This document shows, piece after piece, positions 1-12,115 of a stretch of 64,000 bases of DNA (position 1 is the stretch's first letter; each line of letters opens with the position of its first letter). Origin of the DNA: Tubulanus polymorphus (taxonomy: Eukaryota > Animalia > Nemertea); contig NC_134034.1 of assembly GCF_964204645.1 (NCBI RefSeq), forward strand, positions 13,157,062-13,221,061. The letters are read 5' to 3'. Below the pieces are notes generated by a model. The model worked only from the letters and a program-made list of their open reading frames with translations, searched no databases and was not told the origin of the DNA. The position numbers and the translations under genes are program-made.

Positions 1-132
1 TGCGAAAACATGAACTCCATACGGACATGTACTTTTGAGTAAAAGGTCTTTTTTGTTTTTTTGTTGGAAATGAAATGATGAAATGCTCCGATTTCTGAAA
101 TGAGGAAATGATGATATGTTCCGATTTTGCAG

Positions 133-261
133 ACGTTGATACCAGTGGCGCCGCCAAGTGTGATAAAAAGCCTCACGAGATCGATGTCGTCTGCGACGGT
201 GGTAGAACGTGGATTCGAGTCGTCGCTCAAAAGGCGCAAATCATCCATTCGACCTGGTCCG
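133..261 (+). CDS. C7orf25: C7orf25/UPF0415 homologue, internal coding exon (earlier exons lie upstream of the window)
   Basis: Acceptor tttgcAG at 131-132 and donor GTtagt at 262. Translates (x)VDTSGAAKCDKKPHEIDVVCDGGRTWIRVVAQKAQIIHSTWS(G), which resembles the recalled orthologue segment [28 protein letters not shown]. The phase-1 join to 547 restores Gly. Confidence 0.85.
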
Positions 262-546
262 GTTAGTATTTCAGAGAAAGCACCGAATAGTAAAAGCAGT
301 TAAAGTAGGTCAACCGGCACTCACTAGGTGGCGTTACAATGCACTTACAGTGAAAATGAGTTCACTTTCGATGAACTGGATTTTTAGAATCTCAAATAGA
401 AATGTTATGAAACAAGTCATGAAATAGATATAAGATTGACGTTCCATCCCTCACCTGACTGTCTTGGCCTCAGATTTCGTGTTCAATCGTAAACAACTAG
501 TTTTTTATATCTCTATTAAATTTGAATTGTTTTTATTTATCTACAG

Positions 547-2241
547 GCGAATGCAGTTACGGTAAACGCAACATCGTCAGTCAATCGGAAGCGTTGGTCA
601 CGTGCGCTCGTCACAACCCTGTCAACTACACCACGCCCACGGTCATGTTCAAATTCCTACAAGGCGTCACCGAGTCGGTGGCGGCGGCTCTGCGCGCTCG
701 AGGCGTTCTGATCGACATGGTCAGCGCGATCGTAGCCGATCATTGTAGTTCTCCACGTGTTGACCTCGACCGGCGACTCGAATACAACCTCGACGCCGAC
801 GATCCGCCAGACGTCGCGCAGTATCTACGAAGTCTTGGCTTTCGATCGCCGGATGGGGCAACGACCGCGATCGAGGTCGTCGACGATTGCGAATTGGTAG
901 CACCGAACGACGGACGATCTTTCGGCGGTTCGAACGCGGGGTTTAATCGATTCGATAGTTCGGATTTCGGCGAAATGAATTCGCTTCCGAACCCCGACGC
1001 CGGCAGCGATATCGGGCCCGATAAACGTGGCCGGACTTACGAGTCGACCGGAGCTGGTGCGGATCTAGCGCAGACGGCGTACGGCTCGCCCACTGCGGCC
1101 GCGACTGTTGTTGTCGACAACATCGAATCGTCGTCGGACAATCGAAGACTCGTAACGAGGATCGAAAACAAGCCGTCACTAACAGCTGGCCAAACGGTAA
1201 TTGCCGACCGTAATTATCACCATGACGTCAACGACAGCTTATTAATTCAGTCAGAAGAGGAACAGTTGGCAATTAACGATTCTGATAATAGTACGCCGGT
1301 CGCAGATTTCGTAGATTCGAATCCGCTGTTGTTATTATCGAGGTCGCCGTTATCGGGTTATTCGGTACAGCCGGTAGAGGGCGTTGATGCAGTCGGCGGT
1401 GACGACTACGAAATTGCGAATGAAAAATCGATGCTTAGTTCTAGCGTCGACTTTACTTCGTTTAGTGACCGTCCCTTAGAAGGTGAAATCGCTACGGGAA
1501 AGTCCAATATATGTTTTGGTGTACGGCCGCTAGGGGACGTTGGTGACTGGGCAGCCGACGACCGGGTAGAGAATGGAAACAGCCGATCGGTGCCGAACGG
1601 AGTTAATTCGATCCGTGGCGGTCGCTTAGAAGATGAAACCGCGCGCGATGACTCGAATACTCGTCGTTCGTTCGATGTCATTTTATCGCGACCGGGAATC
1701 GCTTCGTCTTCGGGAGCGGCCGCTACTCATCACCTGAAATCTCGTCGTCAAGTCTCGTCTGATCTCGGAGACGGAAATCGTCTGCCGTCGCCGAAGCCGT
1801 CGACAGACGATCGACGTCAGCCGCGTTGTTTATCATCCGAAGCGATTAACATCTCGGCTACTGGTTCTTCTGTCGCTGTTGCTGCTGTTGCTGCTAATAC
1901 GAACGACTCAATTCTTGTTGATGATGTTGTCAAAACAACAGATAAAGAACGAGCTCATCAAACGTCTTGCAACTCGTTTCGTATCCTTAGCGACGACGTC
2001 AACACGCGCCTTGTAGATCGCCGCCGCCGCTGCGAAGACGCTGTTCAAGCGATTGTGGCGCCACCACCGCCGCCGCCGGAAATAAGTAAAGTTAATCTCG
2101 ACATAACGGCTCTAATCGGTCTGGTGTCCGCGCTGACGCACGGTCATTGCCGATACGTGTTCCGCGAGCCGATACTGACCGAACAGGCGCGCTGGGAACG
2201 ACAGACACCTCTACTGCCGGACCTGCATAGATTTCTCGAAG
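547..2241 (+). CDS. C7orf25: C7orf25/UPF0415 homologue, large exon (conserved N-part, long low-complexity insert, start of DUF1308)
   Basis: Acceptor ctacAG at 545-546 and donor GTagcg at 2242. Motifs SYGKRNIVSQSEALV..HNPVNYTTPTVMFKF and KVNLDITALIGLVSALTHG..FREPILTEQA..E..PLLP are typical of this family. Confidence 0.88.
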
Positions 2242-2929
2242 GTAGCGATATATATCACAAGATATTGATCGAGTTTGATACGAGGGGTCGGTCCAAACGG
2301 GAGCACACGGAGCACATGCCCTTATGTAAATACAATGGCAAAATTTTTCAAGGCACTTTTTCGACCCGCAACTAATAAGACAACAGTCTGCGCTGCAACA
2401 ATAAGCTTACATTCTCCTAAATGTCCCTCAAGTGCCTAGAAATTGTATGAAAATGCATTGAAATTTTCCAGACCCCATGTTTACGCTGCTTGGATACTTA
2501 TCTTGCCTTCTTCCTGCCCTTTGTACTCCTGGCAAAATCTACCCCTGGCACGTGATCCCCAAACGGGAACACGTGCGACCGTCGTATTTTTCCCGCGTCA
2601 TTTTGAAAAATGACGGCATTTTGTTCAGGGGCCAGTTTTTTTGTGTTGGCTGCGTGAAAACTTGCCAACTTTTTAAAAAGTAAACGCCCGTTCCTGATTT
2701 GTGTGCTCTTGCCAAAGTCTGCCCCGGATTCAATGCTCTTTATACACGAGTGTATCATAAGAAATTGAAAAAAGAGAGAAACGTAGTGATACCTGTAACC
2801 ACACCCTTCGACATTCGTGATAATTCCGGCCCTGGATGATCACGTTTAATTTCATTTATCATCGGATATGTCCCGGGCGATGTCACCTGCAATCTCTCTG
2901 AATGATCACTTTTTGTTGCAGATTGAATG

Positions 2930-3206
2930 ACTCGTGTCTAAGACTCACCAGATTAAAGTCTGGAGGTCTTGTTTTCATTTGCAAATGTGTCAGTCAGGTG
3001 AAATCGTGAACACGTGAAGTGTGGGATAGAGCAGTTTTTGAAAGTCTGCTGATAAATCATGAAATGTCTAGCGTCTGGGTTTCGTGGTTGGTTTTCGTTT
3101 GCAAATGTCTCAGGTGAAGCACTGAACACAAGTGAAGTGTGGACGATCAGTTTTTGAAAGTGTGTGCTGATAAAATGTCTGATATCTGGTGTTTGTAGTT
3201 CATTTC
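2930..3206 (+). repeat. ~110-bp tandem repeat family (about 2.5 degenerate units, in a C7orf25 intron)
   Basis: Units aatgtctcaggtgaagcactgaacacaagtgaagtgtggacgatcagtttttgaaag; same family as 24789-25365. Confidence 0.75.
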
Positions 3207-3356
3207 CATTACCAAAATATCCCAGTTCTAGCCGGGTCATATATCGGTAGTATGATGATGAACTTCCGAATGTCTGAATGGATACAGATGATACGTCCTG
3301 TTTAAAGTCTGTATGAAATTAGAATATATCTGATGTACCCGTACTTTAAATTTCAG

Positions 3357-3541
3357 GTAAAGAACTGTTCGCCTGCGACACGGCCGTCGCCGATTTCAAA
3401 ACCATTTTGTCGACCGTCGGTGGACCGGGGGAACAGCGGCGAGGTGCCGAACTACTGAACCGGATTCGGATAGTTCCCGATTCGCCCAGTGCGCGCACCG
3501 AACGGCTTCGCGCCAGTCGACAGTTGAGCGAACGAGGCAAG
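3357..3541 (+). CDS. C7orf25: C7orf25/UPF0415 homologue, penultimate exon (DUF1308)
   Basis: Acceptor tttcAG at 3355-3356 and donor GTaaat at 3542. Translates (G)KELFACDTAVADFKTILSTVGGPGEQRRGAELLNRIRIVPDSPSART..., the hallmark GGPGE segment. Phases are consistent with both neighbouring exons. Confidence 0.92.
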
Positions 3542-4050
3542 GTAAATTACAATTACGATTACGATTACGATTACGATTTTATTTACACTCCAACCATTTC
3601 CATGGTATATGGAGGAAAACTATTACACATGTATATACAAATATTTACAAAACAACACTGAAGTGATCAAAATATAGAGAATGAAAACGTTTCAAAATAT
3701 ATATTAAACGATGCGCCATCTATCGGAATGCGAGAAATCTGATACAGGGGGTGATTTTGGGAAATTGTCATCTCGTTTACAGCGAACTTCTTTTGAAGAA
3801 ATAAAGTAAATTCGCCGCGGCATTATTTAGAACTTATCCAAGATATCGGTAATTGGCCGCAGCAATCAAAAATTGCTTACAACGCGCCTGTAACCGATAG
3901 TTCTATATACAGACCAATCTCGTTATAACGAACTTAAGGGCACCAGAAAATCTGTTCGTTATAACCGAGAATTCTACCGGGTGTCTCGGAATCAAAATGC
4001 GTCACGGAACCTTTAAGAATTTTGATCTCATTTCAATCTCGTTCTTCCAG

Positions 4051-4209
4051 GTAATATTCGGTACCGGGGACCGTATTCAAGCGATCACTGTAACGTCAAA
4101 CTCGAGACTAGTCCGCGCCGCTGCCGGGCAAGGAGTGAACTTCACCGTGCACGTGCACGAGTCACGTGCGTTAACCGAGCTGAAACAATGCGCCGCTACT
4201 GCCATCTAG
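4051..4209 (+). CDS. C7orf25: C7orf25/UPF0415 homologue, last coding exon
   Basis: Acceptor ttcttccAG at 4049-4050. Translates VIFGTGDRIQAITVTSNSRLVRAAAGQGVNFTVHVHESRALTE...stop, the hallmark IFGTGD..AITxTxN..RALTE motif. Confidence 0.92.
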   Translation, partial: VIFGTGDRIQAITVTSNSRLVRAAAGQGVNFTVHVHESRALTELKQCAATAI

Positions 4210-4474
4210 CGTCGTACTTGGGTACTAAAATAGCAGACGTATTATTGTATTTGGTAATTCATAGAACTACATGTATCAGCGAAAGTGAAGGCTCACTTAG
4301 GCGTCGCTGGTAATCTTGTGTTTTGTTCTGACTGCTGATATCACATTTATTTGTTACTGATGTGAAATGTTTTGTATAAAGCCAGTAGTGGTGAAAAACT
4401 TTTTATTTGATTGTGATCATAATCTAATCATTAATCGCTAATACATTTTTTTGTGGGATTTTTGGTGCAGTGAT

Positions 4475-4521
4475 AATAAAAGTGATAAAAACTCCGTTTG
4501 TTTAAACATTTCACGAATAAA
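4475..4521 (+). terminator. Candidate polyadenylation signals of C7orf25
   Basis: AATAAA at 4475-4480 and 4516-4521, 270-310 nt after the stop and followed by T-rich sequence. Confidence 0.5.
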
Positions 4522-7500
4522 ACTTTATTTTTCGAACTCAGTTTTTTTTCGCGTATGCTTTCTTGACTTTATCCACTTCGGTGTTCTGTTCGATGGTCTT
4601 GAATTGTTTGATCGGTAAATGAAGATGCTAGCTCCAACTTCGACGACTGTCAAACAGTTGCCTATAAGCTGACATCTAGCACGCGCGCGTTATGTACATA
4701 CAGTCTATGGTACGTTGTGTAATGGAAAAAGGGGCTGTCCTTAAAACACGTCCAAGGTCGAGGGGGGAGGGTTTCTGAACTTTGGACTTTTTCGGACCAG
4801 GGAGTTGTTTGAATGTAGACGTCCTTCTGCCTGCTGCTTAATTCCAGTAAAGCCAGAACAAATCATTCAGTGCATTAATACATGGACGATAACTTCAACT
4901 TCGAATTAGAGGAAGTAAGTAGTTCACATTTATATGTTTTTGAGTTTATTGAATTAACAAACTGCAGTCCGGAGTTAATCTTAGATGATTAAGTGAATTT
5001 AAAAAAAAATCATTTTGCACTGACTGGATATCCGACGTCTCAGATTGCCTTTTTCCGAGGGCGGGCGCAGGGAACACGGATACAAGAAACAGAAACCGAG
5101 CCTTTCCATATGCCGTTTTATATAAACATGTTTCGGGAAAAATGTCTCCTAAATTCTTCGTTAGAATGTTCGGTTGTTGTATCACGCGCAGTGAACCCCA
5201 GCGACGCGCCTTACCGGGGATATCACCGTCTGATCGAATACAATTCGTAGTGTTCGCGGTAATCCTAGCTTTGTGTCGATATATGGTTAAATCCTCTGAT
5301 GACGCGTAACTGAACTCTCGAATTAATCTTCAATCTTTCGCGGTAACCGGTGAAACTGACAGCTCGCAGTCGCTCGATCAATACAACCACGTAGAAACTG
5401 GTCTTCTCATCATCTCTCACACGAAAAGCCGTATTTTATACTTGAATATGCACAGAATAATCGCCAAAAATTTACAAGAGCTCATAGAATTCTCAGTTGA
5501 ACAATCTTGGTTCTCGGGTGTCGGTCAGACTGTGTTTCTGTCTTTCAGCTACTTCGCTTCGGTTTTGATTGAAATGTAGAATAAATCGAACGCGGACGAC
5601 CGACTATCTACTAGCGACACCTGGTGAAATTTAAAGGGGGCAGAGCAACCCGGAAAAGGGCAGTTCTATTAGGATATAAAAATACTATTTGCAAAAAGCA
5701 AATTTTCCCAAATTTCTGGGGTGCCGCCTTGTTGCCCCTGCTATCAAACTATGGCCCTGCTCCTGGCGGATCATCGCCTGCCATACGTGGAATCCTCGAT
5801 TGCCACAGCAGTACTGCAATCTACCCCAATTACCACGCCTTGGCGAACTGCAGCAAATAACCTATTCATTGGACCGCGAACGCGTTCGTCTCAATTCAGC
5901 AGTTAAATGTATTATCAATAATCTACCGACTATATTAACGCGGTTATTAATAAGAAATGAAAAACCTATTGCGCGGTTAAAGCGACAAAATACGCATTTC
6001 TTTGTTTTGCTGTCGAAATAACGTCTGTGGCTCTAATTGATTTTTCGTGTCGTTACCTCGAGTGTACGGTTCTGTAGATGAACCGGTAACCCGCCGTTAA
6101 CGTAGCTACATAGACCGATTATAGTTTCTGACCGTTTTTGGTCTATTCGATCTCTTAAAACACGCCAATCGACCGGGTATTTATGCCGTATTATAAAAGC
6201 AACTTAACTTCCGCTCTTTTTAAGCGATGGAAGTGTTGTCGCTATCAATTCTATTTCTCCGTTATATTTCAACCCGCGTCGACTTGATATGAAGACCATT
6301 TTTGACGCCGTAAAAACCATTATAATGTTCTTAAACAATCATAAATGACGACCCGAAATATTTCTAAGTTGTAATTAAACGTTTAACACATTCATTTTAT
6401 CGGGTGGGGGATTTTCACACTCATAAAAATTGATATAATTTTCGCTCGATATCAATCATCGTTAACTAACTCACTTACGGTTCTGGTTTTATCGACTGTT
6501 TTGGGTGTGTTTATTTAAAGAGCATTGTTTCTACATTCGAAAATATCGATTTCGAAGTTTCAAGCGGCGCGTTTCATGCATAAATCACTTATCACCGCGG
6601 AAATGCGACACGCATTTGGAAAAATCTTTACGCTGCGTTTTGACGCTGTTCGCGGAATCTGGTTCGAATACGTACGTCACGCCAGCGCACTTTGCGTTAC
6701 GCTTAGTTCGAACGGATTCAAAACAGTTTTTCTATCTTTTCTTTTTCCTACTAAGTTCCAAGTTAGAAATGCTTACCCGAAAATGTGATTACGCATTCAC
6801 TCGACTAAGCGCATGGCTGTAGGACGGGCTCAACGTTCGTCATCGTGAGACTACGCCATGTGGCACGGTTTTCCGTCCTCGCAGGGATTCGAACCTGACG
6901 GCATCTCACGACTCCGCTGAGATCTGAATGCGGTAATTAAAACAGTAACAGTTTGTCCAGCTATTCGGCGGCCTCTTGCATACTAGTCGGGCACCAGAAT
7001 GTCAAAAACCGCGTCCTCAAATTCAGTTCCATGTAGCAGGAGCCTAAAGCTTTCTAACGTTACCTTATATGGTATTTTTGTTGAGCGGAAGCATTTCGGT
7101 GCCCGGCTATCATGGCTCCCACAGTATTACAGGGAAATTGGGAAAAACTTGGGAATTTTGAAAGAATAATTCCCAATTAGGAAATATTTGGGAATTTGAA
7201 AAATTTCCCTCAAATCAGGGAAATATTCGGGAAATTCATTTATGTTTCACATAGTGCATTTGCCAAGGGCAACTTTCTTCAGTGATTTCCATTGAAAATC
7301 ACCTTTATCAACCAGTCACTACTAAAATGTTGTCCGTAATATGACGGTATCTGATGTTCGTTTTCGTTGGGAAAATTGAAAAATTATCCATCGAATTCTT
7401 GGGAAAAACCTGGGAATTTCTAATTGAATAAATTCCTCCGGTTCCCGATTTAAATCATCAAAAATATGAACAAAAAATACGTTTTCAAAGTCAACAAGGT

Positions 7501-8109
7501 AACCGATCAATTTATTTGAGTACGATTTGACACGAAAAATCGGTTGTTGCATTGCAATGAACAGGAGTTAACCTGTTTAGCGTCAGTCGTTGTAGGGAAC
7601 CAAACAACGACTGGTATTCAGACGATACCTGTTCATTACCATTTGGGAAAATTTAAAACTCACCCATAAAATACTTGGGAAAAACCTGGGAATTTCTAAT
7701 TCATCTAACTGTGGGTAAAAAACACCATGGACTGTGCATGCATAACGAGATGGGTAAAAACGGTGTATCAAACAGACGTGTAATACACAATAACTGAGCG
7801 TTAACAACGAACAAAAAACGAACATTTCTCTATTTTTCTCGCCGATGTTTTGTTGCACGGATATCATACACGATATGTTTGTTAAACCCATCTGGAAATA
7901 AACCGATTTGTATCGTTATGATGTTTTCTCTAAACGCGCCGGATTCGCTGTGCGGAAAATGATAGTTTTTTCTTCTGCGGTAAAAATAAAGCGTTTGTTT
8001 ATAATGATACGCCATGAATACTCTCTTCATGTTTCATATTGCACACATTGTTACCATGGCAGTTTTAGGGGGAATTGGACTCCGAAAGTTTATCCTGACG
8101 CTGGGCCAA

Positions 8110-8390
8110 CCCAGTTCCACAGTTGTGCGGGTTTGATTTTAATCTGAACCCAGTTCCACAGTTGTATTATATAAATTTGACCGTAGATCCAGTTCCACAA
8201 TTGTGTGGGTTTAATTTGACTCTGGATTCAGTTCCACAGTTGTGTGTGTTTGATTTAACTCTGGATCAAGTAAGGTCCCACAGTTGTGCAGTGGGTTTAA
8301 CTCGACGCCGAATTCAGTTCCACAGTTGCGTGGGTTTAATTCGACTCTGGATACAGTTCCACAGTTGTGTTGCGGCTTCAGTTCCACGGC
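8110..8390 (+). repeat. 39-bp minisatellite
   Basis: Repeats of cagttccacagttgtgtgggtttaatttgactctggat; other arrays at 27290, 39270 (-) and 62180. Confidence 0.85.
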
Positions 8391-9042
8391 AGTTCATTCA
8401 GACAACTACGCTTGGTTGTTTTTTGAAGTCATACTTCGTCTCTAGATCTGGATATGTTCCAATCACAGAGGTAGCTTATGGAGGTTAATGCCCTCGCCCT
8501 GCACCGATTCGATGGACGGAGACATTGCCGAGCCATTACGGGATAAGTCTCCAAGTCTTTCGCTATACATTTTAGACTTAATATAATTTGGAAAACGTTG
8601 TCCTAGCGTTGATGAAATTACGTGTTGCCGAAGCCCTGGGCGTTGATTGTCATTCAAAACAGTGTTGTTCAATCCGTATATCGAGAGAGCAGTTCTAAGG
8701 GACATTGATGACGCTTTTTTTCTGCTCCGCGAAACTCGTCAGGAAATTGCGTCCATCCACTCGTGTTGGGATCTACTTTCTTCGAGGCTATCGGAAATCT
8801 AATCACATGCTGAGCTGTGACGACGGGATTTCTTTTACATTCTTCGAGTGTGTATGCTTGCCGAATTAGTTATCGTTCACGTATAGAAACACTTCAGGAT
8901 CCAGTTCCAGAGTTCTGAGTCAAATATGGTTTCACTTCGCCATACCACTGGAAATGTCACGATGGGGGCAAATATCGTGTCTTATCGATGAGACGAGAAT
9001 GTACACGATATCCGTGTATGAGAAATCCCATAGAAAATGGTA

Positions 9043-9083
9043 CGCCTGGATGATGGCTAATAGCATTTAGGCGAAACGTTGCT
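9043..9083 (+). ncRNA. Degenerate minimal type I hammerhead ribozyme (Penelope-like)
   Basis: cgc-CTG(G)ATGAT-GGCTAA-tagcat-TTAGGC-GAAA-CGTT-gct. There is a 1-nt insertion in the core and a stem II mismatch. Confidence 0.55.
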
Positions 9084-9570
9084 CGAAATATAATCATTTT
9101 AATATAGAACTTAGCTGAATTTATTGTCGATTTGTCTCATCATGTCTTATCATATTTTGAGATCTTGTCTAAATCACATTGCCGCAGCTAATCGACCGGC
9201 TGCGAAAGACGATCTTACGGATATTTGAATTGGACGCTAGATTAACCGTTTTTTTTTTCTACGTCCGTTTCCGCGTGAGACAGAAAAACCAATCGACAGC
9301 TCGTTAATTAAACCGAATCGTACAGACCTCGTGTCTGTTTACACACGCCGAGCGCCTGGTGACGTCATTAACGGGTTGTTAGTTCTGACTTGATTGTCGT
9401 TCTCTGGGAGTTTGATTTTGTCGCCGCCGCGGAACGACTACAATTTCCGTTGAGAGATGTCGACTGTCGACAGCGCGATTTGACGAGCGAATTATATGTA
9501 TTTCACGTGTCACTCGTGCGCCGATTACGATTCCTGATAATATGTTTTAAACAAAATGGTTGAATTTCCT

Positions 9571-9830
9571 TTTAAGCCAGCGCGCAATGGGTGGGGGCTG
9601 AATCTTATTCTCCACGGATAAGTTTTCGAAACAAATAATGTCAGAACTAATAAGCATTCAATCACTAACTCTCTTCTATCGTTTTGTTCTTGTATAAATA
9701 TCTTGTGATATTCTCCTGTTCTCAGTTCGCCTGATGATGGCTAATAGGTCTTAGCCGAAAAGTTGCGCAAATATATTTTTAACTCTTGTTCACGTTTCTC
9801 GTTTTGGGCTGTATCTATTGTGGGATTTCT
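9571..9830 (+). mobile_element. Penelope-like retroelement 3' remnant (possible GIY-YIG C-terminus plus pLTR-like region with hammerhead)
   Basis: 9571-9621 reads FKPARNGWGLNLILHG*, resembling the KPxLN..G..L end of PLE GIY-YIG domains. A minimal hammerhead follows about 110 nt later. Confidence 0.5.
9728..9767 (+). ncRNA. Minimal type I hammerhead ribozyme motif
   Basis: Stem I cgc/gcg; core CTGATGA(T) at 9731-9738; perfect 6-bp stem II GGCTAA/TTAGCC; GAAA at 9757-9760; stem III reads AAGT instead of the palindromic ACGT. Confidence 0.7.
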
Positions 9831-10320
9831 CGCGTTTAATTAGCATTCACCCAGTCCTGGCGGTTTGGTTGTCTCCACAGATCTACCTAACTTTTCCCAT
9901 CCTAGTGAAGCCAATGGTGCCTACCGTGGCACATCAGACACTAAGGTTCTTGGTGAAGGCTAGCAACGATACATCCGGTCACGAAAAATGAAAGGTTTTC
10001 GTCTCTCCTGTTGGCGCACTGCCGACAGCTGACCATAATGGGGTTATAGAAACTAATTGAACATACTGTGTAAATCACTAAAAATGGGGATGTAGAAACA
10101 GCTGGAATATGCCGTGTATATCACTTAATAATGGGGGATGTAGAAAATAATGGAACCTGTGAAGGGAATCTTGGATTAGTCCTATAAATCAATAAAAAGA
10201 CGGTGACGTGGACATAGCGGTGTAGATCAATTGATAATGGGGATCAAGAAACTACTGTGACGGTAACGTAAATCACTTAATAGTGCCGAAATAAAGAACG
10301 ATGAGTTTTTTTAAACTACA

Positions 10321-10510
10321 GGCGCAGTGGCCGAGTGGTTTAAGCCGCCGGTCACTGGTCTCGTCAATCCAGGGTTTATGGGTTCAAACCCTGGTGGCGA
10401 CAGAGTTTCTTGGTCGAAGGTTCTTTTTCTCCGGTCTCTCCCCCATTGGGAAAGAGAAACATCGAACCCACTTATAATGCTTAACGGGTTGACGGTGTTA
10501 AAAATGTATT
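10321..10510 (+). mobile_element. tRNA-derived SINE-like element
   Basis: A box TGGCCGAGTGG and B box GGTTCAAACCC. The acceptor stem does not pair and a non-tRNA body follows; the 3' boundary is approximate. Confidence 0.6.
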
Positions 10511-11125
10511 AAACTGGGTCACATTATTTTTGTCCGGTCTTCAACGCCTATAAAAAGTCAAATACTAAGCGGTCTACGCGTCGTGGGCTACTCATCTAGC
10601 GTCTGGAATATTTAGGGACATTTCCAGAAATCTTCTTTCCCTGAAAAGTCATCACGATCTCTGTTTTTGAGCGACGAAATTCGGCCATTTATGGCCGGGG
10701 GATAGGCGCTAGATCACGGGTTTAACGCCGCATCTTACGGGAGGGAGAATTAATGGAAAACGTGACCGGAGTTTTAAACTCTAAATCCCATTACGCTAAT
10801 CAAGTCGTGTGTCGGCTGTGTTAAATCCGCCTGCTACCGACAACCAGATGAGGAGTTAATCCTAGCTCCGAGATACACGTCGAAATATCACGACGATGAT
10901 CGCGCGATGAAACACCTACGAAATTTCCTCCCGTCACGTGACTGAAACAACGTCGTTCGGCGATTACCGAAAAGTTTGGCGTCAAATTTTAAGAATTCGT
11001 TACGTCATGAGCTGGTTTAGCTAATCTCTGCCGGACGTCACAGAATAAGGCCATTAGGTATCGACTCCTGGGCGGCCAGGACCTATATTTGATAATGTCG
11101 GGTTAATCTTGAAATTTGATTTTAA

Positions 11126-11438
11126 GTTATTATAGTAATTCAATTTCCATAGCGCAATTTTCACTGTGATACAATGTGTGTTCAAAGACATTTTCCATTA
11201 AATCGGTATTATTACCCGCAGCACATAGATCTAACCATTTATCAGTCACCTCTCCCTGGGGAGAAGTAACACCCGATCAGCTGCTAGGCGCTCAGAGGTG
11301 TCATAAATCAAACCAGGTACCCATTTCTCCTCGGTGGAGAGAGGTAATGAGGGTTAGTGTCTTGCTCGGGTGTACGGAGTTCGAACCAACGACCTGACTT
11401 ACCAGAGTCGAACACTCAGACCACTCGCCCCATGCTCC
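11126..11438 (-). mobile_element. tRNA-derived CORE-like SINE (copy 1)
   Basis: The minus strand shows a head with A/B boxes (GGTTCGAACTC), a CORE-like segment gagcaagacactaacc..ctctccaccgaggagaaatgggtacc, and a tail gcgctatggaaat..attactataata. Homologous to 40875-41144. Confidence 0.75.
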
Positions 11439-11720
11439 GTTCGCTCGAACTGGGGCGGGTTCTTTAAAAAACTCTAATTGTCATGGCTTTCTGCCGGATA
11501 TTTCAAAATTCTAATGACGCATTCACAGCAGTAGCGACGCTGTGTGTTATTTGCGAAATTCTAATTATCACCGGTGCCGCGAAAACTTTAGCTCGTCGGG
11601 GGTTGATGTGAAACCGCATCATTGCGCACTGACGTGTAAGCGGATCTATATAAATTAGACTACGCGTCACTTCACGTAAATAATTACACCGTTACGAACT
11701 AATTACAATGTTCCTCGAGA

Positions 11721-12115
11721 ACCCGTTATTCGGTCGTCGGAGGAAGATCTTGATAGATAGAGCGCTCCTCACCGCGTAAAGCGACCATCACTGAGATCCA
11801 CGTTCCCCGGGAACGCTCAATTCGGGTCGGGTGAAGATCAGCAGGGCGCTCCTCACCGCAACCATCACTGAGATCCACGTTCTCCGGGGAACGCTCAATT
11901 CGGGTCGGGTGAAGATCGCGATGGATAGAGCGCTCCTCACCGCGCAGAGTGACCATCACTGAGATCCACATTCCCCAGGAACGCTCAATTCGGGTCGGGT
12001 GAAGATCAGCAGGAGGCTCCTCACCGCAACTATCACTGAGATCCGACCCTCAATTCGGGTTGGGTGATAATCGTGATAGATAGAACGCTCCTCACCGCAC
12101 AGAGCGACCATCACT
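11721..12115 (+). repeat. Tandem repeat with alternating ~90/78-bp units
   Basis: gaacgctcaattcgggtcgggtgaagatc recurs at 11811, 11889 and 11979; a related array lies at 50040-50310. Confidence 0.85.

Noticed and set aside
522-2375. 617-aa ORF as a complete single-exon gene
   Set aside because: It starts at TTG in an intron and runs past the donor at 2242. Family similarity continues in separate exons at 133, 3357 and 4051.
8560-8802. Possible Penelope ORF N-terminal fragment (IERAVLRDIDDAFFLLRETRQEIASIHSCWDLL)
   Set aside because: Short and interrupted; I cannot assign it without a homology search.
10321-10402. Functional tRNA gene
   Set aside because: A and B boxes are present but the acceptor and anticodon stems do not pair; better explained as a SINE head.
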